Shown piece by piece: positions 16,101-31,230 of a DNA stretch of 64,000 bases. Below the pieces are notes generated by a model. The model did not search any database. It had not been told where the DNA came from and worked only from the letters and a program-made list of their open reading frames with translations. The position numbers were made by a program, and so were the translations under genes. Origin of the DNA: Eledone cirrhosa (lineage: Eukaryota); the NCBI GenBank assembly GCA_964016885.1, contig OZ024760.1, positions 30,070,001-30,134,000 of the forward strand, read 5' to 3'. Every line of letters starts with the position of its first letter. The stretch's first letter is position 1.

Positions 16101-19100
16101 TAATGTGTAATGTAATGTAATGTAATGTAATGTGTAATGTAATGTAATGTAATGTAGTGTAATGTATAATGTAATGTAATGTAATGTGTAATGTAATTTA
16201 ATGTAATGTAATGTGTAATGTAATGTAATGTAATGTGTAATGTAATGTCATGTAATGTAATGTAATGTAACGTAATGTAATGTAATGTAATGTAATGTAA
16301 TGTAATGTAATGTAATGTGTAATGTGTAATGTAATGTAATGTAATGTAATGTGTAATGTAATGTAATGTAATGTGTAATGTAATGTAATGTAATGTAATG
16401 TGTAATGTAATGTATTGTAATGTAATGTGTAATGTAATGTAATGTAATGTAAAGTAATGTAATGTAACGTAATGTAATGTAATGTGTAATGTAATGTAAT
16501 GTAATGTAACGTAATGTAATGTGTAATGTAATGTAATGTAATGTGTAATGCAATGTAATGTAATGTAATGTGTAATGTAATGTAACGTGTAATGTAATGT
16601 AATGTAATGTAATGTGTAATGTAATGTAATGTAATGTAGTGTAATGTATAATGTAATGTAATGTAATGTAATGTGTAATGTAATGTAATGTAATGTAATG
16701 TAATGTAATGTGTAATGTAATGTAATGTATTGTGCAATGTAATGTAATGTAATGTAATGTAATCTAAAGTAATGTAATTTAATGTAACGTGTAATGTAAT
16801 GTAATGTAATGTAATGTAATGTAATGTAATGTGTAATGTAATGTAATGTAACGTAATGTAATGTAATGTAATGTAATGTAATGTAATGTAATGTGTAATG
16901 TAATGTAATGTAATGTAATGTAATGTAATGTAATGTAATGTAACGTGTAATGAAATGTAATGTAATGTAATGTAATGTGTAATGTAATGTAATGTAATAT
17001 AATGTGTAATGTAATGTAATGTGTAATGTGTAATGTAATGTAATGCAATGTAACGTAATGTAATGTGTAATGTAATGTAATGTAATGTTATGTAATGTAA
17101 TGTATAATGTAATGTAATGTAATGTAATGTAATATAATGTAATGTTTAACGTAATGTAATGTAATGCAATGTAATATGTAATGTAACGTAATGTAATGTA
17201 ATCTGTAACGTAATGTAATGTAATGTAATGTGTAATGTAATGTAATGTAATGTAATGTAATGTAATGTAATGTAATGTAATGTAATATAATGTGTAATGT
17301 AATGTAATGTAATGTAATGTAATGTGTAATGTAATGTAATGTAATGTGTAATGTAATGTAATGTAATGTAATGTAATGCAATGTAGTGTAATGTGTAATG
17401 TAATGTAATGTAATCTAATGTGTAATGTAATTTAATGTAATGTAATGTAATGTAATGTAATGTAATATGTAACGTAATGTAATGTAATGTAATGTAATTT
17501 AATGTAATGTCTAACGTAATGTAATGTAATGTAATGTAATGTAATGTAATGTGTAATGTAATGTAATGTAATGTAATGTAATGTAATGTGTAATGTAATG
17601 TAATGTAATGTAATGTAATATAATGTAATTTTTAATGTAATGTAATGTAATGTAATTTAATCTAATGTGTAATGTAATGTAATGTAATGTAATGTAACGT
17701 AATGTAATGTTTAATGTGATGTAATGTAATGTAATGTAATGTAATGTAATGTAATGTAATGAATTGTAATGTAACGTGTAATGTAATGTAATGTAATGTA
17801 ATGTAATGTAATGTAATGTAATGTAATGTAATGTAATGTAATGTAAGGTAATGTAATGTACTGTGTAATGTAATGTAATGTGTAATGTAATGTAATATAA
17901 TGTAATGTAATGTGTAATGTAATGTAATGTAATGTGTAATGTAATGTAATGTTTAAAGTAACGTAATGTAACGTAATGAAATGTAATGTAATGTGTAATA
18001 TACTGTAATGTAATGTAATGTGTAATGTAATGTAATGTAATGTAATGTAATGTAATGTAATGTAATGTAATGTGTAGTGTAATGTAATGTAATGTGTAAT
18101 GTAATGTAATGTAATGTAATGTAATGTGTAATGTAATGTAATGTAATGTAATGTAATGTAATGTAATGTAATGTGTTGTGTAATGTAATGTAATGTAATG
18201 TGTAATGTAATGTAACGTGTAATGTAATGTAATGTAATGTAATGTGTAATGTAATGTAATGTAAATATAGTGTAATGTATAATGTAATGTAATGTAATGT
18301 GTAATGTAATGTAATGTAATGTAATGTGTAATGTAATGTAACGTGTAATGTAATGTAATGTAATGTAATGTGTAATGTAATATAATGTAAAGTAATGTAA
18401 TGTAATGTAATGTAATGTAATGTGTAATGTAATGTAATGTAATGTGTAATATAATGTAATGTAATGTAATGTAATGTAATGTAATGTGTAATGTAATGTA
18501 ATGTAACGTAATGTAACGTAATGTAATGTAATCTAATGTAATGTAATGTGTAATGTGTAATGTAATGTAATGTAATGTAATGTGTAATGTAATGTAATGT
18601 AATGTAATGTAATGTAATGTAATGTAATGTAATGTAATGTGTAATGTAATGTAATGTAATGCAATGTAATATGTAATGTAACGTAACGTAATGTAATGTG
18701 TAACGTAATGTAATGTAACGTGTAATGTAATGTAATGTAATGTAATGTAATGTAATGTAATGTAATGTGTAATGTAATATAATGTAATGTAATGTAATGT
18801 AATGTAATGTGTAATGTAATGTAATGTAATGTAATGTAATGTGTAATGTAATGTAATGTGTAATGTAATGTAATGTGTAATGTAATGTAATGTAATGTAA
18901 TGTAATGTAATGTAATGCAATGTAGTGTAATGTGTAATGTAATGTAATGTAATGTAATGTTATGTAATGTAATGTATAATGTAATGTAATGTAATGTAAT
19001 GTAATGTGTAACGTAATGTAATGTAATGCAATGAAATATGTAATGTAACGTAATATAATGTAATCTGTAACGTAATGTAATGTAATGTAATGTGTAATGT

Positions 19101-19250
19101 AATGTAATGTAATGTAATGTAATGTAATGTAATGTAATGTAATTTAATGTAATGTAATGTGTAATGTAATGTAATGTAATGTAATGTAATGTGTAATGTA
19201 ATGTAATGTAATGTGTAATGTAATGTAATGTAATGTAATGTAATGTAATG
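7100..19250 (+). repeat. Tandem duplication, unit ~6.09 kb (~7.1-13.17 kb and ~13.17-19.25 kb)
   Basis: Identical ORF-track translations at offset 6092 (9530/15622, 9546/15638, 9616/15708, 10156/16248). Rare variants are shared at TGTAAATATAGTG 12173/18260 and GAATTG ~11669/17761. Confidence 0.92.
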
Positions 19251-20179
19251 TAATGCAATGTAGTGTAATGTGTAATGTAATGTAATGTAATCTAATGTGT
19301 AATGTAATTTAATGTAATGTAATGTAATGTAATGTAATGTAATATGTAACGTAATGTAATGTAATGTAATGTAATGTAATTTAATGTAATGTCTAACGTA
19401 ATGTAATGTAATGTAATGTAATGTAATGTAATGTAATGTGTAATGTAATGTAATGTAATGTAATGTAATGTAATGTGTAATGTAATGTAATGTAATGTAA
19501 TATAATGTAATTTTTAATGTAATGTAATGTAATGTAATGTAATCTAATGTGTAATGTAATGTAATGTAATGTAATGTAACGTAATGTAATGTTTAATGTA
19601 ATGTAATGTAATGTAATGTAATGTAATGTAATGTAATGTAATGTAATGAAATGTAATGTAACGTGTAATGTAATGTAATGTAATGTAATGTAATGTAATG
19701 TAATGTAATGTAATGTAATGTAACGTAATGTAATGTACTGTGTAATGTAATGTAATGTGTAATGTAATGTAATATAATGTAATGTAATGTGTAATGTAAT
19801 GTAATGTAATGTGTAATGTAATGTAATGTTTAAAGTAACGTAATGTAACGTAATGAAATGTAATGTAATGTGTAATATACTGTAATGTAATGTAATGTGT
19901 AATGTAATGTAATGTAATGTAATGTAATGTAATGTAATGTAATGTAATGTAATGTAATGTAATGTGTAGTGTAATGTAATGTAATGTAATGTAATGTAAT
20001 GTAATGTAATGTAATGTAATTTAATGTAATGTGTTGTGTAATGTAATGTAATGTAATGTGTAATGTGATGTAACGTGTAATGTAATTTAATATAATGTAA
20101 TGTGTAATGTAATGTAATGTAATGTAGTGTAATGTATAATGTAATGTAATGTAATGTGTAATGTAATGTAATGTAATGT

Positions 20180-23100
20180 AATGTGTAATGTGTAATGTGT
20201 AATGTAAAGTAATGTAATGTAATGTAATGTAATGTGTAATGTAATGTAATGTAATGTGTAATGTAATGTAATGTAATGTAATGTAATGTAATGTAATGTA
20301 ATGTAATGTAATGTGTAATGTAATGTGTAATGTAATGTAATGTAATGTAACGTAATGTAACGTAATGTAATGTAATCTAATGTAATGTAATGTGTAATGT
20401 GTAATGTAATGTAATGTAATGTAATGTGTAATGTAATGTAATGTAATGTAATGTAATGTAATGTAATGTAATGTAATGTAATGTGTAATGTAATGTAATG
20501 TAATGCAATGTAATATGTAATGTAACGTAACGTAATGTAATGTGTAACGTAATGTAATGTAATGTGTAATGTAATGTAATGTAATGTAATGTAATGTAAT
20601 GTAATGTAATGTAATGTGTAATGTAATATAATGTAATGTAATGTAATGTAATGTGTAATGTAATGTAATGTAATGTAATGTAATGTGTAATGTAATGTAA
20701 TGTGTAATGTAATGTAATGTAATGTAATGTAATGTAATGCAATGTAGTGTAATGTGTAATGTAATGTAATGTAATCTAATGTGTAATGTAATTTAATGTA
20801 ATGTAATGTAATGTAATGTAATGTAATATGTAACGTAATGTAATGTAATGTAATTTAATGTAATGTCTAATGTAATGTAATGTAATGTAATGTAATGTAA
20901 TGTGTAATGTAATGTAACGTAATGTAATGTAATGTAATGTAATGTAATGTGTAATGTAATGTAATGTAATGTAATGTAATGTAATATAATGTAATGTGTC
21001 ATGTAGTGTAATGTAATGTAATGTAATGTAATATGTAATGTAATGAAATGTGTAATGTAGTGTAACGTAATGTAATGTGTAATGTAATGTAATGTGTAAT
21101 GTAATGTAATGTAATGTAATGTAATGTAATGCAATGCAATGTAATGTAATGTGTAATGTGTAATGTAATGTAAGGTAAGGTAATGTAATGTAATGTGTAA
21201 TGTAATGTAATGTAGTGTAACGTGTAATGTAATGTAATGTAATGTAGTGTGTAATTTAATGTAATGTAATGTGTAATGTAATGTAATGTAATGTAATGTA
21301 ATGTAAAGTAATGTGTAATGTAATGTAATGTAATGTAATGTGTAATGTAATGTAATGTAATGTAGTGTAATGTATAATGTAATGTAATGTAATGTGTAAT
21401 GTAATTTAATGTAATGTAATGTGTAATGTAATGTAATGTAATGTAATGTAATGTAATGTGTAATGTAATGTAATGCTATGTAATGTAATGTATAATGTAA
21501 TGTAATGTAATGGGTAATGTAATGTAACGTAATGTAAAGTAACGTAATGTAATGTGTAATGTAATGTAATGTAATGTGTAATGTCATGTAATGTCATGTA
21601 ATGTAATGTAATGTAACGTAATGTAATGTAATGTGTAATGTAATGTAATGTAATGTAATGTGTAATGTAATGTATTGTAATGTAATGTGTAATGTAATGT
21701 AATGTAATGTAAAGTAATGTAATGTAACGTAATGTAATGTAATGTGTAATGTAATGTAATGTAATGTAATGTAACGTAATGTAATGTGTAATGTAATGTA
21801 ATGTAATGTGTAATGCAATGTAATGTAATGTAATGTAATATAATGTAATGTAATGTAATGTAATGTAATGTGTACTGTAATGTAATGTAATGTAAAGTAA
21901 TGTAATGTGTAATGTAATGTAATGTAATGTAATGTAATGTAATGTGTAATGAAATGTAATGTAATGTGTAATGTAATGTAATGTAATGTAATGTTTAATG
22001 TAATGTAATGTAATGTAATGTAATGTAATGTAATGTAATGTTATGTTTAATGTAATGTACTGTAATATAATGTAATTTTTAATGTAATGTAATGTAATGT
22101 AAAGTAATGTAATGTAATGTAATGTAATGTGTAATGTAATATAATGAAATGTAATGTAACGTGTAATGTAATGTAATGTAATGTGTAATGTAATGTAATG
22201 TAATGTAATGTAATGTAATGTAATGTAATGTAATGTAATGTGTACTGTAATGTAATGAAATGTAATGTGTAATGTAATGTAATGTAATGTAATGTAATGT
22301 AATGTAATGTAATATAATGTAATGTGTCATGTAGTGTAATGTAATGTAATGTAATGTAATATGTAAGGTAATGAAATGTGTAATGTAATGTAACGCAATG
22401 TAATGTAATGTAATGTGTAATGTAGTGTAACGTAATGTAATGTGTAATGTAATGTAATGTGTAATGTAATGTAATGTAATGTAATGTAATGCAATGCAAT
22501 GTAATGTAATGTGTAATGTGTAATGTAATGTAAGGTAAGGTAATGTAATGTAATGTGTAATGTAATGTAATGTAATGTAGTGTAACGTGTAATGTAATGT
22601 AATGTAATGTAGTGTGTAATTTAATGTAATGTAATGTGTAATGTAATGTAATGTAATGTAATGTAATGTAATGTAAAGTAATGTGTAATGTAATGTAATG
22701 TAATGTAATGTGTAATGTAGTGTAATGTATAATGTAATGTAATGTAATGTGTAATGTAATTTAATGTAATGTAATGTGTAATGTAATGTAATGTAATGTA
22801 ATGTAATGTGTAATGTAATGTAATGCTATGTAATGTAATGTATAATGTAATGTAATGTAATGGGTAATGTAATGTAACGTAATGTAAAGTAATGTAATGT
22901 AATGTGTAATGTAATGTAATGTGTAATGTCACGTAATGTCATGTAATGTAATGTAATGTAACGTAATGTAATGTAATGTGTAATGTAATGTAATGTAATG
23001 TAATGTGTAATGTAATGTATTGTAATGTAATGTGTAATGTAATGTAATGTAATGTAAAGTAATGTAATGTAACGTAATGTAATGTAATGTGTAATGTAAT

Positions 23101-26100
23101 GTAATGTAATGTAATGTAACGTAATGTAATGTGTAATGTAATGTAATGTAATGTGTAATGCAATGTAATGTAATGTAATGTAATATAATGTAATGTAATG
23201 TAATGTAATGTAATGTGTACTGTAATGTAATGTAATGTAAAGTAAAGTAATGTAATGTGTAATATAATGTAATGTAATGTAATGTAATGTAATGTAATGT
23301 AATGTAATGTGTAATGAAATGTAATGTAATGTGTAATGTAATGTAATGTAATGTAATGTTTAATGTAATGTAATGTAATGTAATGTAATGTAATGTAATG
23401 TTATGTTTAATGTAATGTACTGTAATATAATGTAATTTTTAATGTAATGTAATGTAATGTAAAGTAATGTAATGTAATGTAATGTAATGTAATGTGTAAT
23501 GTAATGTAATGAAATGTAATGTAACGTGTAATGTAATGTAATGTAATGTGTAATGTAATGTAATGTAATGTAATGTGTACTGTAATGTAATGAAATGTAA
23601 AGTAATGTAATGTGTAATGTAATGTAATGTAATGTAATGTAATGTAATGTAATGTAATGTAATGTGTAATGAAATGTAATGTAATGTAATGTAATTTAAT
23701 GTAATGTAATGTGTAATGTAATGTAATGTAATGTAATGAAATGTAATGTAATGTAATGTAATGTAATGTGTAATGTAATGTAATGTAATGTAATGTAATG
23801 TAATATAATGTGTAATGTAATGTAATGTAATATAATTTAATTTTTAATGTAATGTAATGTAATGTAATGTAATCTAATGTGTAATGTAATGTAATGTAAT
23901 GTAATGTAACGTAATGTAATGTTTAATGTAATGTAATGTAATGTAAGGTAATGTAATGTAATGTAATGAAATGTAATGTAACGTGTAATGTTATGTAATG
24001 TAATGTAATGTAATGTAATGTAATGTAACGTAATGTAATGTACTGTGTAATATAATGTAATGTAATGTGTAATGTAATGTAATGTAATGTAATATAATGT
24101 AATGTAATGTGTAATGTAACGTAATGTAATGTGTAATGTAATGTAATGTTTAAAGTAACGTAATGTAACGTAATGAAATGTAATGTAATGTGTAATATAC
24201 TGTAATGTAATGTAATGTGTAATGTAATGTAATGTAATGTAATGTAATGTAATGTGTAGTGTAATGTAATGTAATGTGTAATGTAATGTAATGTAATGTG
24301 TAATGTAATGTAATGTAATGTGTAATGCAATGTAATGTAATGTAATGTAATATAATGTAATGTAATGTAATGTAATGTAATGTAATGTGTACTGTAATGT
24401 AATGTAATGTAAAGTAAAGTAATGTAATGTGTAATATAATGTAATGTAATGTAATGTAATGTAATGTAATGTAATGTAATGTGTAATGAAATGTAATGTA
24501 ATGTGTAATGTAATGTAATGTAATGTAATGTTTAATGTAATGTAATGTAATGTAATGTAATGTAATGTAATGTTATGTTTAATGTAATGTACTGTAATAT
24601 AATGTAATTTTTAATGTAATGTAATGTAATGTAAAGTAATGTAATGTAATGTAATGTAATGTAATGTGTAATGTAATGTAATGAAATGTAATGTAACGTG
24701 TAATGTAATGTAATGTAATGTGTAATGTAATGTAATGTAATGTAATGTGTACTGTAATGTAATGAAATGTAAAGTAATGTAATGTGTAATGTAATGTAAT
24801 GTAATGTAATGTAATGTAATGTAATGTAATGTGTAATGAAATGTAATGTAATGTAATGTAATTTAATGTAATGTAATGTGTAATGTAATGTAATGTAATG
24901 TAATGAAATGTAATGTAATGTAATCTAATGTAATGTGTAATGTAATGTAATGTAATGTAATGTAATGTAATATAATGTGTAATGTAATGTAATGTAATAT
25001 AATTTAATTTTTAATGTAATGTAATGTAATGTAATGTAATCTAATGTGTAATGTAATGTAATGTAATGTAATGTAACGTAATGTAATGTTTAATGTAATG
25101 TAATGTAATGTAAGGTAATGTAATGTAATGTAATGAAATGTAATGTAACGTGTAATGTAATGTAATGTAATGTAATGTAATGTAATGTAATGTAACGTAA
25201 TGTAATGTACTGTGTAATATAATGTAATGTAATGTGTAATGTAATGTAATGTAATGTAATATAATGTAATGTAATGTGTAATGTAACGTAATGTAATGTG
25301 TAATGTAATGTAATGTTTAAAGTAACGTAATGTAACGTAATGAAATGTAATGTAATGTGTAATATACTGTAATGTAATGTAATGTGTAATGTAATGTAAT
25401 GTAATGTAATGTAATGTAATGTGTAGTGTAATGTAATGTAATGTGTAATGTAATGTAATGTAATGTGTAATGTAATGTAATGTAATGTAATGTAATGTAA
25501 CGTAATGTAATGTGATGTGTAATGTAATGTAATGTAATGTGTAATGTAATGTAACGTGTAATGTAATGTAATGTAATGAAGTGTAATGTATAATGTAATG
25601 TAATGTAATGTGTAATGTAATGTAATGTAATGTAATGTGTAATGTGTAATGTGTAATGTAAAGTAATGTAATGTAATGTAATGTAATGTAATGTGTAATG
25701 TAATGTAATGTAATGTGTAATGTGTAATGTGTAATGTAAAGTAATGTAATGTAATGTAATGTAATGTGTAATGTAATGTAATGTAATGTGTAATGTAATG
25801 TAATGTAATGTAATGTAATGTAATGTAATGTAATGTGTAATGTAATGTAATGTAATGTAACGTAATGTAACGTAATGTAATGTAATCTAATGTAATGTAA
25901 TGTGTAATGTGTAATGTAATGTAATGTAATGTAATGTGTAATGTAATGTAATGTAATGTAATGTAATGTAATGTAATGTAATGTAATGTGTAATGTAATG
26001 TAATGTAATGCAATGTATTATGTAATGTAACGTAACGTAATGTAATGTGTAACGTAATGTAATGTAATGTGTAATGTAATGTAATGTAATGTAATGTAAT

Positions 26101-29100
26101 GTAATGTAATGTAATGTAATGTGTAATGTAATATAATGTAATGTAATGTAATGTAATGTAATGTGTAATGTAATGTAATGTAATGTAATGTAATGTGTAA
26201 TGTAATGTAATGTGTAATGTAATGTAATGTAATGTAATGTAATGTAATGCAATGTAGTGTAATGTGTAATGTAATGTAATGTAATCTAATGTGTAATGTA
26301 ATTTAATGTAATGTAATGTAATGTAATGTAATGTAATATGTAACGTAATGTAATGTAATGTAATTTAATGTAATGTCTAATGTAATGTAATGTAATGTAA
26401 TGTAATGTAATGTGTAATGTAATGTAACGTAATGTAATGTAATGTAATGTAATGTAATGTGTAATGTAATGTAATGTAATGTAATGTAATGTAATATAAT
26501 GTAATGTGTCATGTAGTGTAATGTAATGTAATGTAATGTAATATTTAATGTAATGAAATGTGTAATGTAGTGTAACGTAATGTAATGTGTAATGTAATGT
26601 AATGTGTAATGTAATGTAATGTAATGTAATGTAATGTAATGCAATGCAATGTAATGTAATGTGTAATGTGTAATGTAATGTAAGGTAAGGTAATGTAATG
26701 TAATGTGTAATGTAATGTAATGTAGTGTAACGTGTGATGTAATGTAATGTAATGTAGTGTGTAATTTAATGTAATGTAATGTGTAATGTAATGTAATGTA
26801 ATGTAATGTAATGTAAAGTAATGTGTAATGTAATGTAATGTAATGTAATGTGTAATGTAATGTAATGTAATGTAGTGTAATGTATAATGTAATGTAATGT
26901 AATGTGTAATGTAATTTAATGTAATGTGATGTGTAATGTAATGTAATGTAATGTAATGTAATGTAATGTGCAATGTAATGTAATGCTATGTAATGTAATG
27001 TATAATGTAATGTAATGTAATGGGTAATGTAATGTAACGTAATGTAAAGTAACGTAATGTAATGTGTAATGTAATGTAATGTAATGTGTAATGTCATGTA
27101 ATGTCATGTAATGTAATGTAATGTAACGTAATGTAATGTAATGTGTAATGTAATGTAATGTAATGTAATGTGTAATGTAATGTATTGTAATGTAATGTGT
27201 AATGTAATGTAATGTAATGTAAAGTAATGTAATGTAACGTAATGTAATGTAATGTGTAATGTAATGTAATGTAATGTAATGTAACGTAATGTAATGTGTA
27301 ATGTAATGTAATGTAATGTGTAATGCAATGTAATGTAATGTAATGTAATATAATGTAATGTAATGTAATGTAATGTAATGTGTACTGTAATGTAATGTAA
27401 TGTAAAGTAATGTAATGTGTAATGTAATGTAATGTAATGTAATGTAATGTAATGTGTAATGAAATGTAATGTAATGTGTAATGTAATGTAATGTAATGTA
27501 ATGTTTAATGTAATGTAATGTAATGTAATGTAATGTAATGTAATGTAATGTTATGTTTAATGTAATGTACTGTAATATAATGTAATTTTTAATGTAATGT
27601 AATGTAATGTAAAGTAATGTAATGTAATGTAATGTAATGTGTAATGTAATATAATGAAATGTAATGTAACGTGTAATGTAATGTAATGTAATGTGTAATG
27701 TAATGTAATGTAATGTAATGTAATGTAATGTAATGTAATGTAATGTAATGTGTACTGTAATGTAATGAAATGTAATGTGTAATGTAATGTAATGTAATGT
27801 AATGTAATGTAATGTAATGTAATATAATGTAATGTGTCATGTAGTGTAATGTAATGTAATGTAATGTAATATGTAAGGTAATGAAATGTGTAATGTAATG
27901 TAACGCAATGTAATGTAATGTAATGTGTAATGTAGTGTAACGTAATGTAATGTGTAATGTAATGTAATGTGTAATGTAATGTAATGTAATGTAATGTAAT
28001 GCAATGCAATGTAATGTAATGTGTAATGTGTAATGTAATGTAAGGTAAGGTAATGTAATGTAATGTGTAATGTAATGTAATGTAATGTAGTGTAACGTGT
28101 AATGTAATGTAATGTAATGTAGTGTGTAATTTAATGTAATGTAATGTGTAATGTAATGTAATGTAATGTAATGTAATGTAATGTAAAGTAATGTGTAATG
28201 TAATGTAATGTAATGTAATGTGTAATGTAGTGTAATGTATAATGTAATGTAATGTAATGTGTAATGTAATTTAATGTAATGTAATGTGTAATGTAATGTA
28301 ATGTAATGTAATGTAATGTGTAATGTAATGTAATGCTATGTAATGTAATGTATAATGTAATGTAATGTAATGGGTAATGTAATGTAACGTAATGTAAAGT
28401 AATGTAATGTAATGTGTAATGTAATGTAATGTGTAATGTCACGTAATGTCATGTAATGTAATGTAATGTAACGTAATGTAATGTAATGTGTAATGTAATG
28501 TAATGTAATGTAATGTGTAATGTAATGTATTGTAATGTAATGTGTAATGTAATGTAATGTAATGTAAAGTAATGTAATGTAACGTAATGTAATGTAATGT
28601 GTAATGTAATGTAATGTAATGTAATGTAACGTAATGTAATGTGTAATGTAATGTAATGTAATGTGTAATGCAATGTAATGTAATGTAATGTAATATAATG
28701 TAATGTAATGTAATGTAATGTAATGTGTACTGTAATGTAATGTAATGTAAAGTAAAGTAATGTAATGTGTAATATAATGTAATGTAATGTAATGTAATGT
28801 AATGTAATGTAATGTAATGTGTAATGAAATGTAATGTAATGTGTAATGTAATGTAATGTAATGTAATGTTTAATGTAATGTAATGTAATGTAATGTAATG
28901 TAATGTAATGTTATGTTTAATGTAATGTACTGTAATATAATGTAATTTTTAATGTAATGTAATGTAATGTAAAGTAATGTAATGTAATGTAATGTAATGT
29001 AATGTGTAATGTAATGTAATGAAATGTAATGTAACGTGTAATGTAATGTAATGTAATGTGTAATGTAATGTAATGTAATGTAATGTGTACTGTAATGTAA

Positions 29101-31230
29101 TGAAATGTAAAGTAATGTAATGTGTAATGTAATGTAATGTAATGTAATGTAATGTAATGTAATGTAATGTAATGTGTAATGAAATGTAATGTAATGTAAT
29201 GTAATTTAATGTAATGTAATGTGTAATGTAATGTAATGTAATGTAATGAAATGTAATGTAATGTAATGTAATGTAATGTGTAATGTAATGTAATGTAATG
29301 TAATGTAATGTAATATAATGTGTAATGTAATGTAATGTAATATAATTTAATTTTTAATGTAATGTAATGTAATGTAATGTAATCTAATGTGTAATGTAAT
29401 GTAATGTAATGTAATGTAACGTAATGTAATGTTTAATGTAATGTAATGTAATGTAAGGTAATGTAATGTAATGTAATGAAATGTAATGTAACGTGTAATG
29501 TTATGTAATGTAATGTAATGTAATGTAATGTAATGTAACGTAATGTAATGTACTGTGTAATATAATGTAATGTAATGTGTAATGTAATGTAATGTAATGT
29601 AATATAATGTAATGTAATGTGTAATGTAACGTAATGTAATGTGTAATGTAATGTAATGTTTAAAGTAACGTAATGTAACGTAATGAAATGTAATGTAATG
29701 TGTAATATACTGTAATGTAATGTAATGTGTAATGTAATGTAATGTAATGTAATGTAATGTAATGTGTAGTGTAATGTAATGTAATGTGTAATGTAATGTA
29801 ATGTAATGTGTAATGTAATGTAATGTAATGTGTAATGCAATGTAATGTAATGTAATGTAATATAATGTAATGTAATGTAATGTAATGTAATGTAATGTGT
29901 ACTGTAATGTAATGTAATGTAAAGTAAAGTAATGTAATGTGTAATATAATGTAATGTAATGTAATGTAATGTAATGTAATGTAATGTAATGTGTAATGAA
30001 ATGTAATGTAATGTGTAATGTAATGTAATGTAATGTAATGTTTAATGTAATGTAATGTAATGTAATGTAATGTAATGTAATGTTATGTTTAATGTAATGT
30101 ACTGTAATATAATGTAATTTTTAATGTAATGTAATGTAATGTAAAGTAATGTAATGTAATGTAATGTAATGTAATGTGTAATGTAATGTAATGAAATGTA
30201 ATGTAACGTGTAATGTAATGTAATGTAATGTGTAATGTAATGTAATGTAATGTAATGTGTACTGTAATGTAATGAAATGTAAAGTAATGTAATGTGTAAT
30301 GTAATGTAATGTAATGTAATGTAATGTAATGTAATGTAATGTGTAATGAAATGTAATGTAATGTAATGTAATTTAATGTAATGTAATGTGTAATGTAATG
30401 TAATGTAATGTAATGAAATGTAATGTAATGTAATCTAATGTAATGTGTAATGTAATGTAATGTAATGTAATGTAATGTAATATAATGTGTAATGTAATGT
30501 AATGTAATATAATTTAATTTTTAATGTAATGTAATGTAATGTAATGTAATCTAATGTGTAATGTAATGTAATGTAATGTAATGTAACGTAATGTAATGTT
30601 TAATGTAATGTAATGTAATGTAAGGTAATGTAATGTAATGTAATGAAATGTAATGTAACGTGTAATGTAATGTAATGTAATGTAATGTAATGTAATGTAA
30701 TGTAACGTAATGTAATGTACTGTGTAATATAATGTAATGTAATGTGTAATGTAATGTAATGTAATGTAATATAATGTAATGTAATGTGTAATGTAACGTA
30801 ATGTAATGTGTAATGTAATGTAATGTTTAAAGTAACGTAATGTAACGTAATGAAATGTAATGTAATGTGTAATATACTGTAATGTAATGTAATGTGTAAT
30901 GTAATGTAATGTAATGTAATGTAATGTAATGTGTAGTGTAATGTAATGTAATGTGTAATGTAATGTAATGTAATGTGTAATGTAATGTAATGTAATGTAA
31001 TGTAATGTAACGTAATGTAATGTGATGTGTAATGTAATGTAATGTAATGTGTAATGTAATGTAACGTGTAATGTAATGTAATGTAATGAAGTGTAATGTA
31101 TAATGTAATGTAATGTAATGTGTAATGTAATGTAATGTAATGTAATGTGTAATGTGTAATGTGTAATGTAAAGTAATGTAATGTAATGTAATGTAATGTA
31201 ATGTGTAATGTAATGTAATGTAATGTGTAA
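20180..31230 (+). repeat. Near-identical tandem duplication, unit 5510 bp (~20.18-25.71 kb and ~25.71-31.23 kb)
   Basis: Constant 5510 offset of ORF-track entries (20793/26303, 21594/27104, 22047/27557, 22621/28131, 22939/28449, 23923/29433). Rare variant GAAGTG is shared at 25578/31088. The copies diverge at ~25724/31234. Confidence 0.95.
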
